A stretch of DNA of 64,000 bases, taken from NCBI GenBank assembly GCA_965215015.1, contig OZ244042.1, positions 10,768 to 74,767 of the forward strand. Reading direction: 5' to 3'. Below the pieces are notes generated by a model, which was not told the origin of the DNA, did no database searches, and saw only the letters and a list, made by a program, of their open reading frames with translations. This DNA comes from Candidatus Poribacteria bacterium. Its GTDB lineage: Bacteria > Poribacteria > WGA-4E > PCPOR2b. Positions 19,575 through 28,984 of this stretch are shown one piece after another (position 1 is the stretch's first letter; each line of letters starts with the position of its first letter). The position numbers were made by a program, and so were the translations under genes.

Positions 19575-22500
19575 ATGAAAAAAGAGGAACACAAAGGCAC
19601 AGAGAGGCGTAAAAATAAACACAAACGTGCAACGGCGAGAAGTTGTAAAGAATCTTTATTATTTTTTATTTTTGCGTCCTTGCGCCCAAGCATCCTTGCG
19701 TTCTTTTCAAATGCGTCTTTGCGTCCAAGCAGTAAAATAAAAAGATCGATTCAAATCTCCAGCTTGAAATCGGGACTCACAGCAGTTTACGTTTGCCTGA
19801 TTTTGAGCTGTATTCTACTCATCACACCGGACACCTCTGCCGAAGATTACGCACTTATCATTGGCGGCGTTGGCGGTGAGAAATCCTTTTATGATGAGTT
19901 TTGGAACGCGACCACACGAATGCGTGAACTGCTGATAGAGGAATACAGCTACGCATCGGAGCATGTCACCTTTCTGTTTGAAGATGACGGAGAGGTGTCG
20001 AATCTGATCGACGGGAAATCAACGAAAGCAGGAGTTGAAGCCGCTTTCACTAATCTACAGGCCCGGGTACAGCCGAGAGATCGGTTCCTCCTTTTCATGG
20101 TGGGTCATGCAACCAAAACCACAGGTGGACTAAAATTCAACTCACCCGGACGGGATATCAGGGGCATAGAATGCGCTGCGCTCATTGAGAAGATTCCCGC
20201 TGAGCAGATGATCTTAATCTTCGGATTTCCTTACAGCGAGCGCGTCGTCTCTCAAGTGAGCAAGGAGGGGCGAACAATTATAACCGCGTGCTCAGCGCGT
20301 GAAGGGTACATGCGTTCAGGATTTGGGAACATCTTCATTGACGCCTTTTCCGATGGTGCCGCTGATGCGGATGACAATGGAGCAATCTCACTGTTAGAGG
20401 CGTTTCTGTACACTCAAAAACGGGTGAAAACGTGGTACGAAAACGATGGTTCTATTCAATCGGAGCATCCCCATCTTGACGATAACGGGGATGGGAACGC
20501 TTCACGCAAAGAGTTACCAAACGCTTCAGATGGTGCCCTCGCTCAAAGCACCTACCTTGGAAAACGTCGTTCAGCACTCGTTGCCTCTGTGTCAGCCGAA
20601 GTGGACTTGAATCGTCCCAATGGTGAATTGACAGAAACGCTTAACGAGGCTGACTACCCACCATCCCAACGCACCTCAATTTCCTATAATTTCGTTTCAA
20701 AAACAGATGAAGCACAGATCGAAGGGTTGCTCGCTGATGCACCGAAGGCGGATGATCATCCCGATAGCGGCGCGGTTGTGCTTTGGGAAACAGAGGTGAT
20801 GAACGTCAACGAAGACAGCAGCTACATCTATTCGACGCGGCGGATTGTAAAGATTTTCAATGATACGGGGCATAAATTTGGTAAGGTTAGCATCCCTTAT
20901 ACCCGCGGAAACGATGACATCACGATTCATCACGCTCGAACACTCACCCCCGATGGGCGTGTAATCGATCTGGACCAGCGGAGAATCGTGAAAAATATCC
21001 CACCCCCGAGTGCGGTCGAAGCAGGGTTATTTGTAGACGCTCGCCTCATGCACTTTTCAATGCCAGAGATGTCCGATGATTGCATCATTGACTACGCCTA
21101 CTCGTCCAACAATCGAGGACATTTGATGCAGGGCGAATTTTGGCATCAGGCCTACTTTCAAGCCTCGGTGCCTGTGCTGCACTACCGTTTCACGATTCAT
21201 GCGCCGAAAAAGAAAACTGTCTATTACCAGATTAACAGTCCGCAAACCATCGGGAGTGAACCGACAATCACGGAGAATCGCTATACACGTACTTATACAT
21301 TTGAGATACATGATGTTCCCCCGCTCCGTGAAGAGGCGTTTATGCCAGCCATCGCGGACCTCGCTTACAGCATCAACATCACATCGCTTGATTCGTGGAA
21401 TAAACTTATGGAGTGGTACGGCACTCTTATTCGTGAGCAAGATTATGTGACACCAGAAATCGAGCAGAAGGCGAAGGCGTTGCTGAGAGGGGCATGGAGC
21501 CGAAAAGAGAAGATTAAACGGCTTTACGAATACGTTGCGACGAACATTGATTATGTCGGCATCGAACTCGGAATATGGGCGATAAAACCGCACTCGGCGC
21601 CCGAAATCTTTAAGGAAGGATATGGAGACTGTAAGGATAAGACAACGCTGCTCAGTACGATGCTCTCCGCGGTGGGCATCCAGTCCTATCCGGTGCTGAT
21701 TTCCGCGGGTGAATCCAGCAGGGTTGTCCGTGAAATCCCTTCACTCGCGTACTTTAATCACATGATTCTCGCTGTCGAGGAAAGTGACGAGGGGGGGCTC
21801 ATCTGGCTAGATGCGACAGCGGAGACCTGCGCGTTTGGAGATCTCCCCGCCAGCGATCAGGATCGGTGGGCACTCATCGTCAACCCTGATTTTCTCATGA
21901 AGGAACGGGAAGGGATAGACCAAGGGTTTACTTCAAATTCCGAGAAAATTGGCGGAATGCGGGAGCAATTATATCGATTCGCAAAAAGTCCAACCATTGG
22001 AGCGGCAGCAAACCTCAAAAGTGTTGAGACGCGGATACAGGTGGAAGATGATCTATCAGTAGAGGTCACTCAAACACTCACCGTAACCGGGGCGTTCAAC
22101 ACGAAACTACGAAGCCAATTGAAATATATCAATCCTAATGAGCAATCGAAGTTTCTGCATGAATACATGGAGCTGGACGATCGCGCAAAGTTGGAGAAGG
22201 TTTCGACCCCAAAACTTGATGCCATGGAGGACAAATTGAAGATTGTCCTCACATGGCGATGTGAGGATTACCTCTTTGCTATTGGACAGCAGTATGTTCT
22301 TGAGTTACCGCTTGTCAAGCATCCTTACGCTGCGCTGCTCAGTGAAGAGGATAGGACGCACCCGGTCATCCTCGGCAAAGCGATTACTTTTGTGGATGAG
22401 GTTATCGTCAATTTATCGTCTCTATTTTCGGTGGATTCTGTGCCTGAAGACCGTGAAATTCATAACCGAGTTGGGGCTATCCAACTCAAGTATACAAAAT

Positions 22501-22640
22501 CGAAACGAAAAATGGTAATGAAGCAGACACTCCGTTTCCATCGTCCAACAGTCCATGTCAATGAGATTCTCGACCTAAAGGCACTTGTCCGACAAGCCTC
22601 AAACAAGGGGACAAAGCGGGTATTGTTAGTCCACAGGTAA
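19575..22640 (+). CDS. Fusion protein: legumain-like (peptidase C13, clan CD) domain + DUF3857-like region + transglutaminase-like domain
   Basis: C13-like DYALIIGGVGG...FLLFMVGHAT (His, about nt 20095) and IITACSAREG (Cys, about nt 20285). TGase core GYGDCKDKTTLLSTMLSAVGI...YFNHMILAVEE...WLDAT (about nt 21620). The first ~63 codons are low-complexity with DNA direct repeats; an in-frame TTG at 19764 would give a clean signal peptide. Confidence 0.75.
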   Translation: MKKEEHKGTERRKNKHKRATARSCKESLLFFIFASLRPSILAFFSNASLRPSSKIKRSIQISSLKSGLTAVYVCLILSCILLITPDTSAEDYALIIGGVGGEKSFYDEFWNATTRMRELLIEEYSYASEHVTFLFEDDGEVSNLIDGKSTKAGVEAAFTNLQARVQPRDRFLLFMVGHATKTTGGLKFNSPGRDIRGIECAALIEKIPAEQMILIFGFPYSERVVSQVSKEGRTIITACSAREGYMRSGFGNIFIDAFSDGAADADDNGAISLLEAFLYTQKRVKTWYENDGSIQSEHPHLDDNGDGNASRKELPNASDGALAQSTYLGKRRSALVASVSAEVDLNRPNGELTETLNEADYPPSQRTSISYNFVSKTDEAQIEGLLADAPKADDHPDSGAVVLWETEVMNVNEDSSYIYSTRRIVKIFNDTGHKFGKVSIPYTRGNDDITIHHARTLTPDGRVIDLDQRRIVKNIPPPSAVEAGLFVDARLMHFSMPEMSDDCIIDYAYSSNNRGHLMQGEFWHQAYFQASVPVLHYRFTIHAPKKKTVYYQINSPQTIGSEPTITENRYTRTYTFEIHDVPPLREEAFMPAIADLAYSINITSLDSWNKLMEWYGTLIREQDYVTPEIEQKAKALLRGAWSRKEKIKRLYEYVATNIDYVGIELGIWAIKPHSAPEIFKEGYGDCKDKTTLLSTMLSAVGIQSYPVLISAGESSRVVREIPSLAYFNHMILAVEESDEGGLIWLDATAETCAFGDLPASDQDRWALIVNPDFLMKEREGIDQGFTSNSEKIGGMREQLYRFAKSPTIGAAANLKSVETRIQVEDDLSVEVTQTLTVTGAFNTKLRSQLKYINPNEQSKFLHEYMELDDRAKLEKVSTPKLDAMEDKLKIVLTWRCEDYLFAIGQQYVLELPLVKHPYAALLSEEDRTHPVILGKAITFVDEVIVNLSSLFSVDSVPEDREIHNRVGAIQLKYTKSKRKMVMKQTLRFHRPTVHVNEILDLKALVRQASNKGTKRVLLVHR

Positions 22641-22713
22641 ACGTGAATTTGCAATCCAATCCTAGTTAAAAGGGATTTTGACCGTTTGAGTTTAGTGGAT
22701 GTGAGGAGAGAAA

Positions 22714-23817
22714 TTGGTGAGGCAGAAAGACTACTATCAAATCCTTGGTGTGGGTCGGGATGCAACCTTCGACCAAATAAAGAAGGCTTATCGAAAAATT
22801 GCGATGCGTTATCATCCCGATAAAAATCCGGGGGATAAGCGTGCAGAGGAAAGATTCAAGGAAGCATCGATGGCTTATCAGGCATTGACCGAACTCACTC
22901 CGCAGCACATCGGCAATCAACCGCCAGGGAGGGGTCCGGGTAGTCAAGGCGGTGGAGGTTTTGGACCTTCTGGTGATAGTGTCTCCAAAATTAATGACCT
23001 CTTTGATAACCTATTCCAGCCCGGGGCGCAAACCAAACGGAAAACAAAAACGAAACGAACAGTTAAAGCGAAGGGAAGACGTGGTTCCAACATAAGAGCT
23101 AGTCTGACCCTCACGTTTACTGAAGCGATGCTGGGAACGGAGCGGCCTATCCGTGTACCCCGCCATGAGGAATGCGACAGTTGTAATGGCACAGGTGCAC
23201 AAAAGGGCTCGCCTCAATCAACTTGTCCTAATTGTATGGGAAACGGCGCGATCTTCGACCAGTTGCTACGTGGTAATGCAGCGAACAATAAACCGTGCGA
23301 ACGCTGCCGAGGAACGGGTGTCCTCATTCATCGACCGTGTCAGACCTGCCGCGGGACAGGTGCTACCCGCAAGGAGCGTTCTTTACTAGTGAAAACGCCT
23401 CCGGGGATTGAGAGTGGTAAATCATTACGCTTACCCGGTCAAGGAGAATGTGGTTTACGGGGGGGGGGTTACGGCGATCTGTTTGTGGATGTTGTTGTCA
23501 AACCGCATCCGGCTCTACAACGCGATGGATATGATTTGCGCTATCAGGTTTCAGTTGGCTTTGCGATTGCGGCACTAGGTGGAGAAATCGATGTTCCGAC
23601 ACTTACTGACCCCATAGCATTGAACCTCCCCCGAGGTACACAACCCAATCAGACGTTCCGGCTAATCGATCAAGGGATTCAAAAATCTGAAAACGAGAGG
23701 GGAGATCTCCTTGTCACTGTAGTCATTGAAATTCCTACTACCCTAACGAGGAAACAGGAACAGCTCCTGAAGAAGTATATCGAGTTGGAGAAAAAAGCGT
23801 CCTCACAGGAACCTTGA
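22714..23817 (+). CDS. dnaJ: Chaperone DnaJ (type I, with Zn-finger CxxCxGxG repeats)
   Basis: J-domain DYYQILGV...HPDKN; four CxxCxGxG motifs (CDSCNGTG, CPNCMGNG, CERCRGTG, CQTCRGTG); carries an unusual basic insert KRKTKTKRTVKAKGRRG. Confidence 0.85.
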   Translation: MVRQKDYYQILGVGRDATFDQIKKAYRKIAMRYHPDKNPGDKRAEERFKEASMAYQALTELTPQHIGNQPPGRGPGSQGGGGFGPSGDSVSKINDLFDNLFQPGAQTKRKTKTKRTVKAKGRRGSNIRASLTLTFTEAMLGTERPIRVPRHEECDSCNGTGAQKGSPQSTCPNCMGNGAIFDQLLRGNAANNKPCERCRGTGVLIHRPCQTCRGTGATRKERSLLVKTPPGIESGKSLRLPGQGECGLRGGGYGDLFVDVVVKPHPALQRDGYDLRYQVSVGFAIAALGGEIDVPTLTDPIALNLPRGTQPNQTFRLIDQGIQKSENERGDLLVTVVIEIPTTLTRKQEQLLKKYIELEKKASSQEP

Positions 23818-23965
23818 CAAACAGCTCGATACTCCCCGATGCACAGACTCAGATAGGCAGATCGGTTCTGTTCCGAGAATCCCGATTTGTCGGGATATTC
23901 AAAACAACCCCGATAAGATTGGAATTCAAAGGAACTTGATGCCTTGACTCGCTTTCTCGTTCACT

Positions 23966-24022
23966 GGTTCGTTAATGAACCCATGAACTGAAATCAGCAC
24001 ATGAACTCATGTACTAATGAAC
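23966..24022. promoter_or_regulatory. Cluster of ATGAAC/GTTCAT hexamers including the near-palindrome GTTCGTTAATGAAC, upstream of the sulfotransferase gene
   Basis: ggttcGTTAATGAACccATGAACtgaaatcagcacATGAACtcatgtactaATGAACc. Confidence 0.45.
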
Positions 24023-24585
24023 CTATCACGGTGGTGTCGGGGCTCCCCCGATCCGGCACCTCAATGCTGATGCAAATACTGGCTGCCACCGGCTACCCGT
24101 GCCTGACTGATGGAGTACGGAAGGCGGACGCCGACAACCCGCGTGGCTATTTTGAATATGAAAAGGTAAAATGGATTCGGCGAGATTATTCGTGGCTGCC
24201 TAAAGCGAAAGGCAAAGCGGTGAAAATCATCGCCCAACTGATGCCGTTTTTGCCGCCCCAATTCAGCTATCGAGTTATCTTCATGAAGCGCAATATCAAC
24301 GAAGTGCTTGCGTCTCAGGGGAAAATGCTTCAACGTCAGGGGAAAGGCGGCGGTAGCTTGTCCGACGTGCAGCTGGGCAAAATCTTTGAACGTCAGATCT
24401 GTCAGGTGAAGCAGCTGCTGACTCAACGTAATATTCCGACGCTTAATGTAGCGCATTCGGATGCCCTTCAACGCCCGATGGAAATCGCGAAGAAGATTGA
24501 AATGTTCTTCGGTGAGGATTTGGATGTGTATGCCATGGCTGCAGCGGTTGACCCTAACCTCTACCGTCAGCGATATAAACAATAG
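24001..24585 (+). CDS. Sulfotransferase family protein
   Basis: 194 aa; 5'-PSB-like motif GLPRSGTSML near the N-terminus. Confidence 0.7.
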   Translation: MNSCTNEPITVVSGLPRSGTSMLMQILAATGYPCLTDGVRKADADNPRGYFEYEKVKWIRRDYSWLPKAKGKAVKIIAQLMPFLPPQFSYRVIFMKRNINEVLASQGKMLQRQGKGGGSLSDVQLGKIFERQICQVKQLLTQRNIPTLNVAHSDALQRPMEIAKKIEMFFGEDLDVYAMAAAVDPNLYRQRYKQ

Positions 24586-24728
24586 ACTCCAACATCATTT
24601 GTATCGCATCGGCAGCATAGATCCATCTTCTGTCACGGTTCCCCTCAATCTTGGGTTCTCGAAATTACGAGAAAAGGCCTGATCGGCTTGGATAGACATA
24701 TCCAAGCCATAACCGTGTAAAAGAAAAA

Positions 24729-25907
24729 ATGCACCCTACCAACACAAAACCGCTCACGGCAGAAGAGGCAAGGGTATGTATCACCGGCTGGGATTTCAAT
24801 CGTCCGGATCCATTCCCCGGACTCGGCGACTTTATTGGATGGGCCGGGGCACTGGAGCGAATGCCTAATGGAAATTTACTGCTCGCCCACTCCGCCGGTT
24901 ACTGGCACGCCTCGTTTGCATCACCGAGATTGTTTGAGAAAGAGACCCGTGAACGCTATGCCGCTGAAGGTTGGCCCGTGGATTTTGTCGCGCCCACAGG
25001 TGGACGCTCGATGGCAGTCCATTCCACCGATGACGGTCGTACCTGGAGTAAACCTGTCGGACTGATAGACCTCCCTTTAGATGACGCTCCCGTTACGTTG
25101 TTTGTCTGTCGAGATAATACCGTACTCTGTTTCATCAATGTGCAGGCATCTTGGTATGGATTCTCAGAGGCACCCCCGGCTTTCCGCAAAGACCTGAATG
25201 GCTTGAATACCCAGCAGTGCGTGATCAGATCAACCGACAGCGGGACGACCTGGAGTGAACCGATTTGGTTGGACAGTCCCGGCTCATTTTACGAAAGGAG
25301 TCACGGTCAGGCGGTCCAACTTCCCGATGGGGGTATCCTCTGGCCCACCTACTATTCAAGTCAGAATGAAAATCATCTCTTGGGTGCGATGCGCCGCTCT
25401 GATGATGCCGGAAAGACGTGGCGCACCGTTTCCACCATCCGCCGCAAAGGGAAGGATGTGGATGAACCTGCTATCGCCCGTTTCGACAGTGGACGGCTCG
25501 TTATGGTGTCCCGACCCGATGGCGGTATCTTTTTCTCAGACGACGATGGTGTGAGTTGGCACGAGTCCGGACAAATTGTAACCCCCTCCCCCCGTAGGCG
25601 GGGAGGGGAGACGCTCAAAGCACCCCGATTGTTTGTGTTGGAAGATGGCACACTCGTCTGTGTCACAACCTACCAAGGTGGATTATATGTTTTCTTGAGC
25701 CGGGACGGAGGGGCGAATTGGACGCCGGAACTTCCCCTCGATGTGTCTTGCTACGGCTACCCCGGTGGATTCCAGATTGAGGATGGATCACTGTTGATCT
25801 CATATTGTGAAAGTGGTAAAGCACCAAACCGCGTGTATGTGATACGGTTCACGGTCAACTCCACACGAGATGGTATAGAACTATTGGGCATTGGAAATTC
25901 TCCATAG
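24729..25907 (+). CDS. BNR/Asp-box repeat protein (sialidase/GH33-like beta-propeller)
   Basis: Five SxDxGxTW Asp-boxes (STDDGRTWS, STDSGTTWS, SDDAGKTWR, SDDDGVSWH, SRDGGANWT). Confidence 0.75.
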   Translation: MHPTNTKPLTAEEARVCITGWDFNRPDPFPGLGDFIGWAGALERMPNGNLLLAHSAGYWHASFASPRLFEKETRERYAAEGWPVDFVAPTGGRSMAVHSTDDGRTWSKPVGLIDLPLDDAPVTLFVCRDNTVLCFINVQASWYGFSEAPPAFRKDLNGLNTQQCVIRSTDSGTTWSEPIWLDSPGSFYERSHGQAVQLPDGGILWPTYYSSQNENHLLGAMRRSDDAGKTWRTVSTIRRKGKDVDEPAIARFDSGRLVMVSRPDGGIFFSDDDGVSWHESGQIVTPSPRRRGGETLKAPRLFVLEDGTLVCVTTYQGGLYVFLSRDGGANWTPELPLDVSCYGYPGGFQIEDGSLLISYCESGKAPNRVYVIRFTVNSTRDGIELLGIGNSP

Positions 25908-25937
25908 TAACCTTTAGTGCGGGAGGGTGAAGATATT

Positions 25938-25961
25938 GAGTTCATCGGTTCATTAATGAAC
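25938..25961. promoter_or_regulatory. Perfect 14-bp palindrome GTTCATTAATGAAC plus an extra GTTCAT, upstream of endonuclease III
   Basis: gaGTTCATcgGTTCATTAATGAACtaa, 39 nt upstream of the ATG. Confidence 0.5.
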
Positions 25962-25999
25962 TAATACAACAATAAACCAAAAAGGATTGGAGGTATGAT

Positions 26000-26662
26000 T
26001 TGGACCTTGAGCAGAAAACAGAGTTAATTTCTAATGCTTTAGAAAAACTTTACGGTGTGCCTGAACCGGATACGGAAGAAAACGTCCTCGATTGTTTGAT
26101 ACTTACAATCTTGTCCCAGAACACAAATGATGTCAATCGCGATAGGGGATTTGCGGTCCTCAAGGAACGTTTGCCGACATGGGAGGAGGTTCTCGGTGCT
26201 GATGTAGAGGAAATCGGGGATGCAATCAAGATTGCAGGATTGAGCGGACAAAAAAGCCAAACCATCAAGAATTTCTTGACATGGCTCAAGGCAGAATATG
26301 ACGAGCTAAATCTGGAGTTCATCCGCGAAATGGAAACCAAAGATGCAATACAACTGCTGTCTCAGCACAAAGGCATCGGTATCAAGACTGTGTCCGTTAC
26401 ACTTGCTTTTGCTTGTGGGCGCGATGTGTTCCCTGTGGATACGCACGTCCTGCGGATCAGCAAACGGCTTGGATTCGTGTCATCAAATTGTACTGCGGAA
26501 AAAGCGCATGAATTGATGCCGCAGATCATCCCTAAAGGCAAAGCGTACCCGTTTCACATGAACCTTATTGCTTTTGGACGCCAGATCTGCGACGCGCGCA
26601 AGCCGAAATGCGATCAGTGTCCCATCACGGCACATTGTCTCTATTATCGGGAGGAGTTGTGA
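26000..26662 (+). CDS. nth: Endonuclease III-like DNA glycosylase (HhH-GPD, 4Fe-4S)
   Basis: LILTILSQNTNDVN...GIGIKTV...PVDTHV plus C-x6-C-x2-C-x5-C cluster CDARKPKCDQCPITAHC. Confidence 0.8.
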   Translation: MDLEQKTELISNALEKLYGVPEPDTEENVLDCLILTILSQNTNDVNRDRGFAVLKERLPTWEEVLGADVEEIGDAIKIAGLSGQKSQTIKNFLTWLKAEYDELNLEFIREMETKDAIQLLSQHKGIGIKTVSVTLAFACGRDVFPVDTHVLRISKRLGFVSSNCTAEKAHELMPQIIPKGKAYPFHMNLIAFGRQICDARKPKCDQCPITAHCLYYREEL

Positions 26663-27064
26663 AACGAAAGGGTATCCAGATTGGAAAGACGGGGATTATT
26701 CTATTAATAATCGCCCGATAGAAGCGGTGCATCCTTATCAAGGTCCCACTGAAATGTCTTTGTGTCCGACATAAAATGCTTAAATTCAACATGATTTTGG
26801 TAGGCCCTATATCGGAACTAAAAAAAAGAGACGCAAAAATGCCAATCCAATGAGAAACGAAATGAAACGACGCTGAAACATGCTAATAGCCTCCCTATTC
26901 GTTGTAGAGGCAGTAGGAAGTCCCGATTTGTGCTCCCTCCCTCCTCAAATTTGCACAAGGCGAAAAGACCTTCACCCCAACTTCAATTCGTATGATAGCA
27001 CATCGAGTTCGTGTGTATCGGTTCGATACGCTGCCTCCAACCAGTGATCCAAACTATTCCCAAC

Positions 27065-27316
27065 TCAACAATAAATGATTCCAACGATATATCGACTGGT
27101 GTAAATCCTCCGTAACTTTCCGCAGAATGGGCGGGGCTTGTTCTCATACCTAATTCGCGTGTAGCTGCTTTTTCCGGGAACCACCTCGCGTGTTTTATAA
27201 TATGAGCCGTTATGGGCAGCCCCATCATCTACCTGAAAAGCGGCTATCAGTCCCAAACCAACGCTCAATAACCCAACAATAAAAACCATCGCATTCAAAT
27301 GGCGTAAACTTAACAT
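27065..27316 (-). CDS. Possible small single-TM membrane protein
   Basis: 83-aa ORF with an aggaaaa RBS 8 nt upstream; hydrophobic segment AMVFIVGLLSVGLGLIAAF. Weak. Confidence 0.3.
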   Translation of the reverse strand: MLSLRHLNAMVFIVGLLSVGLGLIAAFQVDDGAAHNGSYYKTREVVPGKSSYTRIRYENKPRPFCGKLRRIYTSRYIVGIIYC

Positions 27317-27336
27317 AATTCATTTTCCTATGAGTT

Positions 27337-27461
27337 GTGCTCATAAAGTAGTAGGCACGACCCGCATGCCGTAAACAACACAACCGTTATGACACATTGC
27401 TGGGTTAACACGCAACTGCCATCTGTTGAATCCGTGATTCAGACAATAATTATGCACACCC
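27337..27461. mobile_element. Shorter (125 bp), degenerate copy of the same MITE-like element
   Basis: GTGCTCATAA...CACGCAACTGCCATCTGTTGAATCCGTGATTCAGACAATAATTATGCACAC; the right TIR is mutated. Confidence 0.5.
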
Positions 27462-27590
27462 CTCGCTAATATAGTATAGTCGATAAAACTCACCTTCGCT
27501 AAAAAAATAACGGAAAATAACAGCTTCGACATTGCAATCACATTATGATGTGATATACTGTATCCTAACATTTGTATCCGAGGTGATTGA

Positions 27591-28902
27591 TTGCCGAATA
27601 TAGAACATCATACCGTAATTATTGTGGGCGGGGGGGCCTGCCGGGCTGCCGCTCGCTGTGGTGTTGGGAGGTTGGCACCCTTACTTTCGTGGAAGTCGTA
27701 TGTTCAACCTGCGCTATCCACAATTGGCTGCGGGGCTGCAGCAAATCAAAGGGACCCTTTTGGGATTAGATTTCAAAGGATTGTCCAGAAACGTCCCGCC
27801 CGTGGATCTATTCCGACTCCTCCATCATCCCAGACAGCTGTTTGAAGAACTCGCGCAAATCGCGATGGAGTTTCGCCAAGAGACGCCGATAGATTATCTA
27901 CTCATTACCCAAGAGGAGGTCGGTGGACTGTGGAACAATGTTCCCCAAAATCTTTTGACCCTTTCCCCAGGACAGTGGATGGAGTTTCCGTTCTATCCAC
28001 TCGCACGACATATCCAGGAACAGGGGATTGACTTAAACGTCAACGATCTAATAATCAAAGGGGATTTACTGCGTTACTATCATAGCATTCCCGGTCGATT
28101 TGGACAAACTGACCGCATCCACACCGGCGAAACGGTTGTCCGTATTGAGCCGCATGAACGCGGCTTTCTAGTCAAGAGCAAAGATCTCGGAACGGAGATA
28201 AGCCATCAATATACCGCTAAATACCTCGTTTACGCCGTTGGGCAGCGGTGCATCTTCCGGCGACTCAATGTGCCCGGGGAAGATCTTCCGTTTGTGGCGA
28301 AAAGCTACAATCGACCGGAGGATTTCCCCGGCGAGCGAGCGATTGTCGTCGGTGGTGGCAGATCGGCGGATTGGGCAGCAACGGAGCTCTACGATGCGGG
28401 CAAACAGGTGTATTATGTGATGCGCCAACCGTTTGAAAAACACTGGCGGTTAATCAGTGAGAGCCGCTATGGTCTGCCCTATTATGCTCGACTTGCAGAG
28501 ATTATGGAGAGCCGAGACCCTCGATTTCAGACGTTGTATCAAAGCCATATCCGCAAGATTGAGGAAGGGGTTTCCATCGGTCTAGTGACAATAGACCATC
28601 AGAGTGAAAAACAAACCATCGAAGCCGAGCATGTTATCTTGGAGATTGGCGGTATCGCAGACTATTCTCCCTTTCAGGGATTTGAGCCGCTCGAACAGGT
28701 CGAAAAATATGACAACTATCGTTTCCAGTTACATCAGGTGAGGACGCATCCGCATAACTACGAAGCGGTCAATATTCCGAACCTCTATATGGGCGGTTAC
28801 CTCGCATCGGGCATCGGATTAGTGGTCATTGCCATGCACGGGACAACTTACGCGATTGCTGGGGATATCCTTCAAAAAGAGGGACTTATCAGAGAAACGT
28901 GA
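27591..28902 (+). CDS. FAD/NAD(P)-binding oxidoreductase, frameshifted at a G7 homopolymer (27630-27636)
   Basis: ORF 27591 encodes HTVIIVGGG, then frame 27622 encodes PAGLPLAVVLGG. Removing one G restores a canonical dinucleotide-binding GxGxxG (VIIVGGGPAGL). A second Rossmann motif AIVVGGGRSADWAA lies downstream. Confidence 0.7.
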
Positions 28903-28933
28903 GACGTGAAACCTAAAAAAAATGGGGGCATAG

Positions 28934-28963
28934 GTTCATGAATGAGCGCATGAACTAATGAAC
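28934..28963. promoter_or_regulatory. GTTCAT/ATGAAC hexamer cluster upstream of the Gfo/Idh/MocA gene
   Basis: agGTTCATgaatgagcgcATGAACtaATGAACcg, 22 nt upstream of the start. Confidence 0.45.
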
Positions 28964-28984
28964 CGATGCACTCTTGAATAAGGC

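Noticed and set aside
24061-24582. 173-aa minus-strand ORF inside the sulfotransferase gene, plus similar antisense ORFs within xylB, MFS, sulfatase and other genes
   Set aside because: They lie fully within, and antisense to, genes with clear homology; there are no RBS or motifs, so these are typical spurious shadow frames.
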